From Candidatus Hermodarchaeota archaeon (GTDB lineage Archaea; Asgardarchaeota; Lokiarchaeia; Sigyniarchaeales; SOKP01): 21,607 nucleotides of DNA. The notes below the pieces were generated by a model, which was given only the letters and a program-made list of their open reading frames with translations, did not search any database and had not been told where the DNA came from. The DNA lies in assembly GCA_048885535.1 (NCBI GenBank), contig JBHLLO010000051.1, positions 1 to 21,607 on the forward strand, given 5' to 3'. The translations under genes and the position numbers were made by a program. Of the stretch, positions 1 to 8,809 are shown one piece after another; the first letter of the stretch is position 1; each line of letters opens with the position of its first letter.

Positions 1-594
1 TTTGCTGCTTCAGGTATATCCGCAATTATAATACTTTTCACAGGGATTTTTGGTGGAATGGGAGTTATGCGAGATAAAATGTTTGGATTTATGAAAGAAT
101 TAATTGTTGCTCCCGTTAGTAGACGAACATTGATGGTGGGCAAAACATTAGGCGTCGCTTTACAAACTCTTATCCAAGTTTGTATAATTGTGTTTTTAAG
201 TCTTACACTTGGATATTTGGGATTTGATCTTTCCTTAATTTGGCGTATACTATTAATTCTTCCGGTAGCTCTATTAGCAAGTATCGGAATAGTAGGGATG
301 GGTCTAACAATAAGTACTCGGATGAGAGATTTTCAATCTTTTGGATTAATACAAACATTTATAGTAATGCCTATGTTTATGTTATCTGGTGCGTTTTTTT
401 CGTTTGATACAGCAGGGATTTTACAACCAGTAATGATGGTTAACCCTTTTACATATAGTGTAGATCTCTTTAGAGCTGTACTGTTAGGAGTATCCTCTTT
501 TCCTATATGGTTAGATCTCTTGGTTATGTCAGTTTTTGGTGTCGCTTTAATACTATTAGGAGCACGATCATTCAATAAAATGGAAGTAAGCTAA
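1..594 (+). CDS. ABC-2 type exporter permease (5'-partial)
   Basis: Frame is open from base 1 (FAASGISAIIILFTGIFGGMGVMRDK...). Multiple hydrophobic helices; ABC-2 membrane motifs 'G.MKELIVAPVSR...GK', 'PMFMLSGAFF' and 'NPFTYSVDLFR'. Confidence 0.9.
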   Translation, partial: FAASGISAIIILFTGIFGGMGVMRDKMFGFMKELIVAPVSRRTLMVGKTLGVALQTLIQVCIIVFLSLTLGYLGFDLSLIWRILLILPVALLASIGIVGMGLTISTRMRDFQSFGLIQTFIVMPMFMLSGAFFSFDTAGILQPVMMVNPFTYSVDLFRAVLLGVSSFPIWLDLLVMSVFGVALILLGARSFNKMEVS

Positions 595-596
595 TG

Positions 597-624
597 TATT
601 TTATTTTTTTAGTATTTTTTATTT
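597..624 (+). terminator. Putative archaeal oligo-T terminator after the permease
   Basis: Several T runs (ttttattttttt, tttttt) immediately after the TAA at 594. Confidence 0.4.
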
Positions 625-698
625 ATAATGCTTAGAAAATCTAAAAAATATTCCACAATTTTATTAAATAATATTTATAAGGTTTTTGGTGTGTTTAT

Positions 699-1460
699 AT
701 TCCTTATTTAAACTACTTCAATAAACAGATTTTTTATCACATTAAAGAAAGTGAGAGTAAAGATGCTATTATTTTCGTTCATGGTTCTGGTGGTAGTTCA
801 GATGACTGGAAGAACCAATTTAATCTTAAAGTAAATTATAAAATTATTGCTTTAGACTTACCTTCTCATCATAAATCAGATAAATTTTCTGAGTTATCTC
901 TTGACTTGTATGTTGATGTTCTTAATGAGCTCGCGACACATCTTAATATTGAAAATTTAGTGCTGTGTGGACATTCATTAGGTGGGGCTATAATTCAGAC
1001 TTATTATTTCAAATTTCCTAAAAATGTAAAAGCTTTGATCCTCTGTGGAACTGGAGGTAGATTACGAGTTAGCCCGATGATATTAAACGTGCTTAAAGAT
1101 AACTATCAAACATATTTAGATTTATTATTTAGGGCTTTTCACAAAAATACTTCCAAAGACATTATTGATGCATATAAAATAGAAACATCTAAGATTGGGG
1201 ATCAAATAACACTTCAAGATTTTAAGATTTGTAACAATTTCGATACATTGGATATAACACATACGATTAATGTCCCTTGTCTAATTTTGTGTGGCAAATC
1301 TGATTATCTAACTCCTCCAAAATATTCAAAATACTTTAAGGAGAAAATTGGAACTTCTAAGCTTTTTATAATTGAAAATGCAGGACATATGCTTATGCTT
1401 GAAAAACCAAATGAAATTAATCGTATGATTGAAGAATTTATAAATTATGAAGTAAAGTAA
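699..1460 (+). CDS. Alpha/beta-fold hydrolase; true start lies upstream of the ORF-track start at 906, probably ATT at 699
   Basis: Frame is open from 681. The upstream part reads IPYLNYFNKQIFYHIKESESKDAIIFVHGSGGSSDDWKNQ...IIALDLPSHHKS (oxyanion HG motif and D-L-P-x-H motif). Nucleophile elbow GHSLG, acid in GKSD, His in AGHM. Confidence 0.88.
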   Translation: MPYLNYFNKQIFYHIKESESKDAIIFVHGSGGSSDDWKNQFNLKVNYKIIALDLPSHHKSDKFSELSLDLYVDVLNELATHLNIENLVLCGHSLGGAIIQTYYFKFPKNVKALILCGTGGRLRVSPMILNVLKDNYQTYLDLLFRAFHKNTSKDIIDAYKIETSKIGDQITLQDFKICNNFDTLDITHTINVPCLILCGKSDYLTPPKYSKYFKEKIGTSKLFIIENAGHMLMLEKPNEINRMIEEFINYEVK

Positions 1461-1469
1461 ATATAAGTT

Positions 1470-2258
1470 ATGCCACGAAAGTATACTTACGGTCCATTTC
1501 CTTCTAGACGGTTGGGTTTATCTCTTGGAGTTGACGTTTTACCCATACAAAAAATTTGTACATTTAATTGCGTTTATTGCGAGATTGGCCCAACAATCCA
1601 GTTAGTGTCACCAGAGTATAGATTCAGAGCACCTCCAAGCCACCAATTTAGACATGAATTAAAGGACATCTTCAAACATTTCCCTCATTTAGATTCGATT
1701 ACTTTTGGATATAATGGTGAACCAACTCTTAATGAAAACTTGTTAGATTTCTATAATATAACAACAAACGTTAGAGCAGAAACTAAATGGAATAATGAGA
1801 ACCCAAAAATAACCATTTTTACGAATTCAAGTACAATTTATTCGCAAGAAATCCGTGAAAGATTATTAAATTTTGATCTAGTCATAGCCAAACTAGATAC
1901 CGCAACTAACTTAGATTTTTATAGAACAAATCGTCCTCATAAAAATATAGATATCAATCTTATTATCGATTCCCTTATAAAATTAAAGAAAAATATGAAA
2001 AAATCTAAACTAGCTATTCAATGTTTGATTTATAATTCTTATAGGGCAGATTTTATATCAAATGACAATAACGTAAATATAGAAAAGTTAGCTTTAACTA
2101 TTAAAAAAATAAATCCAGATATAGTTCAAATCTATTCAATTGCAAGAATTCCAGCACAATTTTTTGTTTATTCGATTGATATAGAGAGAAAAAAGGAAAT
2201 TGTTAAATTTTTTAAAGAAATTGTGAATAACAATCAAATAAAAATAGAATATTATTAA
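1470..2258 (+). CDS. Radical SAM protein (YGPxPSRRLG family, COG0731/TYW1-like Fe-S oxidoreductase)
   Basis: N-terminal YGPFPSRRLGLSLG, CxxxCxxC motif (CTFNCVYC), GEPTL motif. Confidence 0.88.
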   Translation: MPRKYTYGPFPSRRLGLSLGVDVLPIQKICTFNCVYCEIGPTIQLVSPEYRFRAPPSHQFRHELKDIFKHFPHLDSITFGYNGEPTLNENLLDFYNITTNVRAETKWNNENPKITIFTNSSTIYSQEIRERLLNFDLVIAKLDTATNLDFYRTNRPHKNIDINLIIDSLIKLKKNMKKSKLAIQCLIYNSYRADFISNDNNVNIEKLALTIKKINPDIVQIYSIARIPAQFFVYSIDIERKKEIVKFFKEIVNNNQIKIEYY

Positions 2259-2303
2259 ATTTATTAGAAAATTATATTTTGTTAACTCATTTTGGTGATT
2301 AAA

Positions 2304-3305
2304 GTGGATAAATATATTGTAGGGGTAGATATTGGAGGTACATTAATTAGAGCTGCTATATGTACTGCAGATTTAGAAAAGAAGGATATTAAGATAAAAA
2401 CTGCTAAGACTCCTAAGGAACATGAGTATTCAATTATAAATTCAGTTATTCTTTTGATTTCAGAATTATTGGTGGATAATGATATAAATAATGAAGATGT
2501 AATTGGGATTGGGCTTGCTTCAGCAGGACCTTTAGATATAGAAAAAGGGGAAGTTTTCAATAGTGTAAATCTAGGATTCAAGGTTATTCCACTAAAAGAA
2601 CCATTAGAAGACCGATTTCCAGGAATCCCAATTTATTTAATTAATGATGCAAATTCTGCAGTGCTTGGTATTCATTATTTTGAAGCTGAAGAACAGGAAA
2701 AAGATAATTTAGTCTATATAACTATGTCTACAGGAATTGGGGGCGGAGCTATTTGTAATGGTCATTTATTAGTTGGAAAAGATGGAAATGCAGCAGAAAT
2801 AGGGCATACTATAGTTGAACCACATAGCGATCATCAATGTAATTGTGGAGCTTATGGTTGTTGGGAAACTTTTAGTTCAGGCACAGGAATAAAGAATAGA
2901 GCATTAGAAGCATTAGAAACTACCAGTTTGAATTCAAAGATATTAATGTTTATGGTTGACAATGACCCTTCTCGCATTACAACCAAGGAAATTTTTCAAG
3001 CTGCTAAGGGCGCTGATAAATTCTCTAAAAGTATTATTGAAATGAGTTTGTATTATAACAAAATTGGAGTTGGTATAGTTAATAATTGTTATGATTGCAC
3101 TTCAATTTATTTTGGGGGTTCTTTATTGAAAGATCGTGAATTAATTATTCCTCCTCTTGTTGAGCAATTTGAAAAAGATCCGATACAATTTACTATAAAT
3201 AAACCTCCAAAAATTAAAGTAACTAAGTTTTTGGAAGATATTGGTGTAAGGGGAGCATTAGTTTTAGTAAAATACAAATTGGAAGGAAATCCAATTATCA
3301 CGTAA
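2304..3305 (+). CDS. ROK-family sugar kinase (glucokinase-like); alternative starts TTG 2292 or GTG 2295
   Basis: GVDIGGT, NDAN, STGIGGG, GNAAEIGH and Zn motif CNCGAYGCWE. No N-terminal HTH, so a kinase rather than a repressor. SD-like GGTGAT at 2294-2299 precedes GTG 2304. Confidence 0.9.
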   Translation: MDKYIVGVDIGGTLIRAAICTADLEKKDIKIKTAKTPKEHEYSIINSVILLISELLVDNDINNEDVIGIGLASAGPLDIEKGEVFNSVNLGFKVIPLKEPLEDRFPGIPIYLINDANSAVLGIHYFEAEEQEKDNLVYITMSTGIGGGAICNGHLLVGKDGNAAEIGHTIVEPHSDHQCNCGAYGCWETFSSGTGIKNRALEALETTSLNSKILMFMVDNDPSRITTKEIFQAAKGADKFSKSIIEMSLYYNKIGVGIVNNCYDCTSIYFGGSLLKDRELIIPPLVEQFEKDPIQFTINKPPKIKVTKFLEDIGVRGALVLVKYKLEGNPIIT

Positions 3306-3320
3306 AGATTTATTCGAAAA

Positions 3321-4751
3321 ATGGACAAAATTAATCTCATTTTTACTTTTAGTGGAATACGGGGTATTTTTAAAAAAGATTTCAATTATGATGTGGCTAA
3401 AAAAATTGGGATTGCCTTTGGACAACTTCTTCATAATAAAGATAAAAGAGTAATTATAGGTAGAGATTCTAGACCAAGCGGAGTAGAAATTGAGAGGGGT
3501 GTTGTTGAAGGTTTAATTTCGGTTGGATATAATATTGTTAGTGTTGGTATATGTCCTTCTCCAGTAATAGTACATGCAAAGAATAATCTAAGAATCCTCG
3601 CAGGAATAATAATTACTGGATCTCATAATCCCCAAGAATGGAACGGTTTAAAATTACTCTCAGGTCCCTCTTTCTTAAGCAATAGAGAATTAGAAGAAAT
3701 AAATCAAAATATAAGTAAAATTAATTTAAAGGAATATGATTTTAATCAGGTTGACTTACAGCATAGATTCACTAAGATCGATCCAATACCCGATTATATC
3801 AAACAATTGTATGAATATGTAAATTATAGAGACATTAAAAAAACGAATAACCTACGAGTGGTTCTTGATACTGGAGCTGGTGCAAGTAAGTATGTTACTC
3901 CTCAAATTCTTGAAGGATTAGGTTGTAAATTGAAAATAATTAATAATGACTTGCTTGTCAATAACATCTTCCCCAGAGAGATTGAACCAGTAGCACAGAA
4001 TTTAAGAGATTTAATAATGGAAGTTTGGCAAGGTAATTACGATATTGGTTTTGCCCACGATTCTGATGCTGATAGGCTTGCTTTAATTGGAGATACAGGT
4101 ATTTGTTATCCTGAGGATGTTGTTTTAGCTTTAATAGCAGATTACTATTTAAAAAATTTCAGTCATCAGTATGAGAAAGCAATATTTATTACTAATTTGG
4201 CTTCATCATTAATGTTTAATGTTCTAGCTGAGAAATATAATGCTCATGTAATAAGGACACCTATAGGAGAAAAATTTTTAGTTGAAGAGATTGACAAGTT
4301 AGGAGAAGAGAGGGAAAGATGTTTAGTTCTAGGAGGAGAGGGATCTTGTGGAGGAGTAATACTTCCAAGCTTTAATAATACAAGAGATGGGATTTTTGCT
4401 GCAGCTAAAATTGTTGAAATTGTAGTCCAAACAGGGGAAAGAATTTCGACTTTAACTTCCCAGCTTCCGAAATATTTCGCATATAGAAAGAGAATTGAGG
4501 TTAAAAAAGTTGATGTATCCTTAATAATTAATGCTGTAAAAAAGGAGCTATATGATGAAGGTGAAGATGTCGTGCAAATTAATAATGATTTAAGATTCGG
4601 TAAAGGAATTGATTGGTTTGTTTTGATTCATCCTTCTAATACTGAACCTATAATAAGAGTTATAAGTGAAGCAAAAACTGATTCCGCGGCCAGGATGTAT
4701 TGTGAAGTTACAGCAGAATTAGTAAGACTAGTCATATCAAAATTAAGTTAA
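3321..4751 (+). CDS. Alpha-D-phosphohexomutase family protein (PGM/PMM/GlmM or phosphopentomutase)
   Basis: SGIRG, catalytic TGSHNP, metal loop DSDADR, sugar loop GEGSCG, phosphate loop HPSNTEP. Confidence 0.92.
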   Translation: MDKINLIFTFSGIRGIFKKDFNYDVAKKIGIAFGQLLHNKDKRVIIGRDSRPSGVEIERGVVEGLISVGYNIVSVGICPSPVIVHAKNNLRILAGIIITGSHNPQEWNGLKLLSGPSFLSNRELEEINQNISKINLKEYDFNQVDLQHRFTKIDPIPDYIKQLYEYVNYRDIKKTNNLRVVLDTGAGASKYVTPQILEGLGCKLKIINNDLLVNNIFPREIEPVAQNLRDLIMEVWQGNYDIGFAHDSDADRLALIGDTGICYPEDVVLALIADYYLKNFSHQYEKAIFITNLASSLMFNVLAEKYNAHVIRTPIGEKFLVEEIDKLGEERERCLVLGGEGSCGGVILPSFNNTRDGIFAAAKIVEIVVQTGERISTLTSQLPKYFAYRKRIEVKKVDVSLIINAVKKELYDEGEDVVQINNDLRFGKGIDWFVLIHPSNTEPIIRVISEAKTDSAARMYCEVTAELVRLVISKLS

Positions 4752-4891
4752 GTTTTTTGTAATTCTAGCATAAATTAGCACGATTATCCCATCATATTCC
4801 CATTTTTTACTTACATTAATGGGAATCTAACAGTAAATTTATAAATCAATAAATAATAATTAATTATATTAAAATTTTTGTTGATAATTCC

Positions 4892-5032
4892 ATGGCAATT
4901 AAAGAAATAGTATGGATTTGGATTAAGAAGAAATTTAGAGTAGTCCATAATCCGTCTAGTTATTGGATTGCTGCCGTGATTATAATGTTTTTAGGGATCA
5001 ATATTTTATTCCCTACGACATTATGTTTTTAA
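4892..5032 (+). CDS. Possible 46-aa small membrane protein or pseudogene fragment
   Basis: ATG..TAA ORF MAIKEIVWIWIKKKFRVVHNPSSYWIAAVIIMFLGINILFPTTLCF with one hydrophobic segment. TATA-like TTTATAAA at about 4838-4845. Confidence 0.3.
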   Translation: MAIKEIVWIWIKKKFRVVHNPSSYWIAAVIIMFLGINILFPTTLCF

Positions 5033-5212
5033 CTTAATCAACAATATAAAACGCTTATACATCTGATTCTCGACTACAACATTCACACACTTTATTTGTT
5101 CTCTTCATAGTTTCTTTATTTCATAGATTATTCGTCAAAAAATCGCCAAACGGATGAAAACAACAACAATTTTAATGATATAAAATCTAAATAAAAAGAA
5201 GAATAAAAACTG

Positions 5213-6478
5213 GTGGAAGAAATGTCAGACTTAAAAAAGTTATTAAAAAGGGAGCCAAAATTATCTTCAAAGGGAGATTATCTACAGTTACCTTACTCTA
5301 ATTTAGGTCAATGGAAATTAAACATATGGAAATCATATTTATTTCACTTTTTTATGGGACTTCATTTCATTTCAGGGGTACTTTTGCCTTTTTTCATGAC
5401 ATGGGGGAAATTAAGTTTCATTGAAGTCATGTTTCTTCAAAGTTACTTTACAATAATGATTTTACTACTAGAGATTCCTTGCGGTGCAATAGCGGATTAT
5501 TTGAGTAGAAAGCTTTCTTTAATACTAGGTGCTATTTCAACAGCCTTCGCTGCGTTAATTTATGGAATTTATCCACATATATCCATTTTTATTATTGGTG
5601 AAACTTTATGGGCTTTTGGTGCTGCTTTAACTTCGGGTTCGGATCAAGCTCTTATCTATGATACACTAAAGAAACTTGGGCAAGAAAATAAAATTTCAAA
5701 AATAATAGCTAGGAATAGGAGCTTTATGTTATTTGGAATATGTATTTCAGCACCAGTTGGCTCCATAATAAGCACCTATTTATCATTAAATCTAGTGATG
5801 ACATTTATGGTTATACCATTCTTTTTAGCGACACTTATATCAATCACATTAAAAGAACCGATGAAAGAAAAGATTACAAAGAAATCAGGAGGATATTTAA
5901 GAATTATTAAAGATGGATTAAATCAACTCAAGAAAAATAAGATTCTAAGATTATTAGCTTTAGAAATGATTATAACTGAGTCTATGGTCTTCTTCTTAAT
6001 CTGGACTTATCAACTGTATCTTGAAGCTTTACATGTTCAATTGATGTTCTATGGTTTTATAAGTGCCTTCATGACAATCACACAGATAATTTTCAACAAT
6101 ATAGTTCCAAGTCTTGAAAACAGAATTACGAACAAAAGGAGACTTCTACAGGTATTCTCAATAATACCTGGAATTGGGTTTATTACGATGTCATTGATTT
6201 ATTTTATTCCACTTAGCATTCCTTTGATTTTAATAACAATAGGATTCGGTTTTTCAAGAAGTATTATTTTTATTAAGGGTATAAATAATCAAATTGAAAC
6301 CGAAAATAGAGCTACAGTTATAAGTACAATAAGTATGATGGCAAATCTTATAAGAACGATTTTGTACCCTCTTGTTGGATACATGGCAATGTGGAACTTA
6401 AGTTACGGTTTAATCTCCCTTGGAATTGTGATAATACTAGCAACAATATTCTCAAGAATTAAAAGTGAGTATTTGTAG
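5213..6478 (+). CDS. MFS transporter
   Basis: About 12 hydrophobic segments; motif A variant EIPCGAIADYLSRK; SGSDQALIYD; ENRATVIS. Confidence 0.9.
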   Translation: MEEMSDLKKLLKREPKLSSKGDYLQLPYSNLGQWKLNIWKSYLFHFFMGLHFISGVLLPFFMTWGKLSFIEVMFLQSYFTIMILLLEIPCGAIADYLSRKLSLILGAISTAFAALIYGIYPHISIFIIGETLWAFGAALTSGSDQALIYDTLKKLGQENKISKIIARNRSFMLFGICISAPVGSIISTYLSLNLVMTFMVIPFFLATLISITLKEPMKEKITKKSGGYLRIIKDGLNQLKKNKILRLLALEMIITESMVFFLIWTYQLYLEALHVQLMFYGFISAFMTITQIIFNNIVPSLENRITNKRRLLQVFSIIPGIGFITMSLIYFIPLSIPLILITIGFGFSRSIIFIKGINNQIETENRATVISTISMMANLIRTILYPLVGYMAMWNLSYGLISLGIVIILATIFSRIKSEYL

Positions 6479-6493
6479 AGACTAGTATCTAAA

Positions 6494-6503
6494 TTTTTTT
6501 TTT
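6494..6503 (+). terminator. T10 run, putative terminator of the MFS gene
   Basis: Ten consecutive T 15 nt after the MFS stop, in the gap between the convergent MFS and uvrC genes. Confidence 0.5.
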
Positions 6504-6520
6504 GAATTAATATTTAATTC

Positions 6521-8365
6521 TTATTTATTTAGTTCCTCTAATATTATTTTAGCCAATTTTTTTCCAATAATAGTTGAAACTTCTTCAAGGGTAGCTATTT
6601 TAATATTTTCCACGCTTCCAAAAAACTTTAGCAATTTATTCCTAGTTGCGGGTCCAACACCTTTAATTTCGTCTAGAATTGATCCCTTTATTCGCTTTTC
6701 TCTTTGTTTTTTATGCAATCTCACAGCAAAGCGATGAGCCTCATTCCTCACTTGCTGAAATAGTTTTAAAGCTAAAGAATCAATAGGAAGAAGGATTGGA
6801 TCTTTAGAATTAGGAAGATAAATTTCTTCTAACTTTTTCGCTAAACCGATTATTGGTATTTCTTCGATTCCTAATTCCTTTAAAACTGATATACCAGCAT
6901 TTAGTTGACCCTTTCCCCCGTCAACTAAAATTAAATCTGGTAATTCTATGTTTTGTTGTAAAACCATATTGTATCTTCTTTTAATAACTTCTCTTATCAT
7001 TGCTACATCATCAGGAGTAGATTTACCCTTAATATTATAGTGACGATAAAATTTTTTATATGGCTTTCCATTCAAGAAATAAACCATAGAACCTGTAGCA
7101 TCAGTTCCTTCTATATTCGAAATATCAAACCCCTCAATAATTTTTGGGACATCAGGTAGATTTAATACATGCTTTACTTCACTAAGAGTTAAATCTATTA
7201 TATCTTGCTCTTTGCTTTTTATTTCTTCCATTTGAATTTCTTGTTGAACTAATACTTGCGCATTCTTTTGCGCAATTCTGATTAACCCATATTCATTTTC
7301 AATAGGAGTTCTAATTAGAATTTGATTTTTATAATCTTTTAGTACTAACGTAAATACTTCAATGTTTTTATATCTTTCAGGAATCACTACTGTGTCTGGT
7401 AGATTCCCTTTCGTATCTTGATAAAACTGCTCCATAACTAAAGGAAAGATATCTTCTTTCTCAAAAATTTTATCTTTAAGATTAAAACTAAAGGAACTCT
7501 TATTGGTTATTTTACCATCTCGTATGTGAATTATGACCATAGCGAAAAAATTTTGATTTTCATCACCATAATACCCAATTATATCCTTGTTTTCCTTAGT
7601 GTTAAGGAGTACACTCTGATCGCTTGTTGAATGATCAATTGCCTGTAATTTATTTCTCCAAAACGCTGCGATCTCAAAATTTAAATTTTGAGAGGCTATA
7701 TCCATTTTTTCTTTAATTTGCATTTTAAGTTCTTCTGTCTCCCCCTTAAGAAAAAGCTCAATGTTCTTTATATTTTCTAAGTATAAATCTTTATCGATAG
7801 CCTCGATACATGGGCCAGAGCATAACTTTATTTGATAATATAGACAAGGTCGTTCTCTTTTTTTTACTTTCTTTTTACATGAACAATAGGGAAAGATTTT
7901 TCTTAAATCACGTAAAATACGTATTATTTCCTTTTTATCAGTATAAGGTCCTATAAATAGATTTTCTTTTGAATATTTTTCAGGACCTCTTATAACCCTA
8001 ATTCGGGGATATTCTTCAGAATAAAAAATCGCAACCCAAGGGTAAGATTTAGAATCTCGCATAATGACATTGTACCTAGGCTGAAAATTTTTGATTTGAA
8101 TATTTTCCAAAATATATGCCTCTTTTTCGTTTTCAGTTACTATATACTCGATAGAGTCGACTTTTTGAATCAAATCTTTGATTTTTTCGCCGTAGTAGGG
8201 ATCATTATAGGTTGATTTTGAAAAATATTGATTTACTCTTTTCCGAATATTTGAGGCTTTTCCTATATAGAGAGGAGATTTATCTTTACTACAGAAAATA
8301 TATATTCCCGGTTCATTGGGTAAACTTTTTCTTTGTAGATCTAAATCCTTCATGAAATAAATCAT
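6521..8365 (-). CDS. uvrC: Excinuclease ABC subunit C
   Basis: GIY-YIG domain (PGIY...LYIGKA...RKRV), PRYN, Cys-rich C...CLYYQIKLCSGPC, UVR coiled coil (LNFEIAAFWRN), RNase H-like FDISN and DGGKGQ, RNEAHRFA, C-terminal HhH (IKGVGP). Confidence 0.97.
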   Translation of the reverse strand: MIYFMKDLDLQRKSLPNEPGIYIFCSKDKSPLYIGKASNIRKRVNQYFSKSTYNDPYYGEKIKDLIQKVDSIEYIVTENEKEAYILENIQIKNFQPRYNVIMRDSKSYPWVAIFYSEEYPRIRVIRGPEKYSKENLFIGPYTDKKEIIRILRDLRKIFPYCSCKKKVKKRERPCLYYQIKLCSGPCIEAIDKDLYLENIKNIELFLKGETEELKMQIKEKMDIASQNLNFEIAAFWRNKLQAIDHSTSDQSVLLNTKENKDIIGYYGDENQNFFAMVIIHIRDGKITNKSSFSFNLKDKIFEKEDIFPLVMEQFYQDTKGNLPDTVVIPERYKNIEVFTLVLKDYKNQILIRTPIENEYGLIRIAQKNAQVLVQQEIQMEEIKSKEQDIIDLTLSEVKHVLNLPDVPKIIEGFDISNIEGTDATGSMVYFLNGKPYKKFYRHYNIKGKSTPDDVAMIREVIKRRYNMVLQQNIELPDLILVDGGKGQLNAGISVLKELGIEEIPIIGLAKKLEEIYLPNSKDPILLPIDSLALKLFQQVRNEAHRFAVRLHKKQREKRIKGSILDEIKGVGPATRNKLLKFFGSVENIKIATLEEVSTIIGKKLAKIILEELNK

Positions 8366-8553
8366 ATAATTATTATTCTATAGCCTGCTAGGTTATCGAG
8401 ATCTTAATTCTATTAAAAAAAATTATTAATTCATAATAAATAGTATTAGGGACTAAAAGTTATTTATCATTATTAATTATAGCCTCTTACTAGCTAAAAT
8501 AATTACACTATGATTATATATCCTCACTGAATAGAAAAATTACGTTTATAAAA

Positions 8554-8736
8554 ATGGTAAAAATTAATATATGTCCAAAATGCAAAAAACCAAAACTCAA
8601 GAATGCGACTAATATTTCAGGTTGGTTAGCGCCTAATATGTATGAATGTACTGAATGCAAATACATTGGATATTTGTATTTAGAGATTGATTCTGATGAT
8701 TTTCAGCCTGAAGATAACGAAGAAAAGAAAGGATAA
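8554..8736 (+). CDS. Small Zn-ribbon protein of unknown function
   Basis: CPKC...SGWLAP..YECTEC.Y.G with an acidic tail; ATG start; co-oriented with the R15Pi and RuBisCO genes. Confidence 0.75.
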   Translation: MVKINICPKCKKPKLKNATNISGWLAPNMYECTECKYIGYLYLEIDSDDFQPEDNEEKKG

Positions 8737-8809
8737 ATTGTAAATTTTTTAACTTACATTTTTATGAAACGATTATTTTATCTTCTATTAAAAATCAAGG
8801 TGTTTAAGA

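Noticed and set aside
333-575. 80-aa minus-strand ORF
   Set aside because: Antisense shadow of the ABC permease; no motifs.
906-908. TTG start given by the ORF track for the hydrolase
   Set aside because: It would delete the HG oxyanion strand and the DLPxH motif, which are encoded in frame upstream.
2282-3385. Minus-strand ORFs 2282-2581 and 3107-3385
   Set aside because: Antisense to the well-supported ROK kinase and mutase genes.
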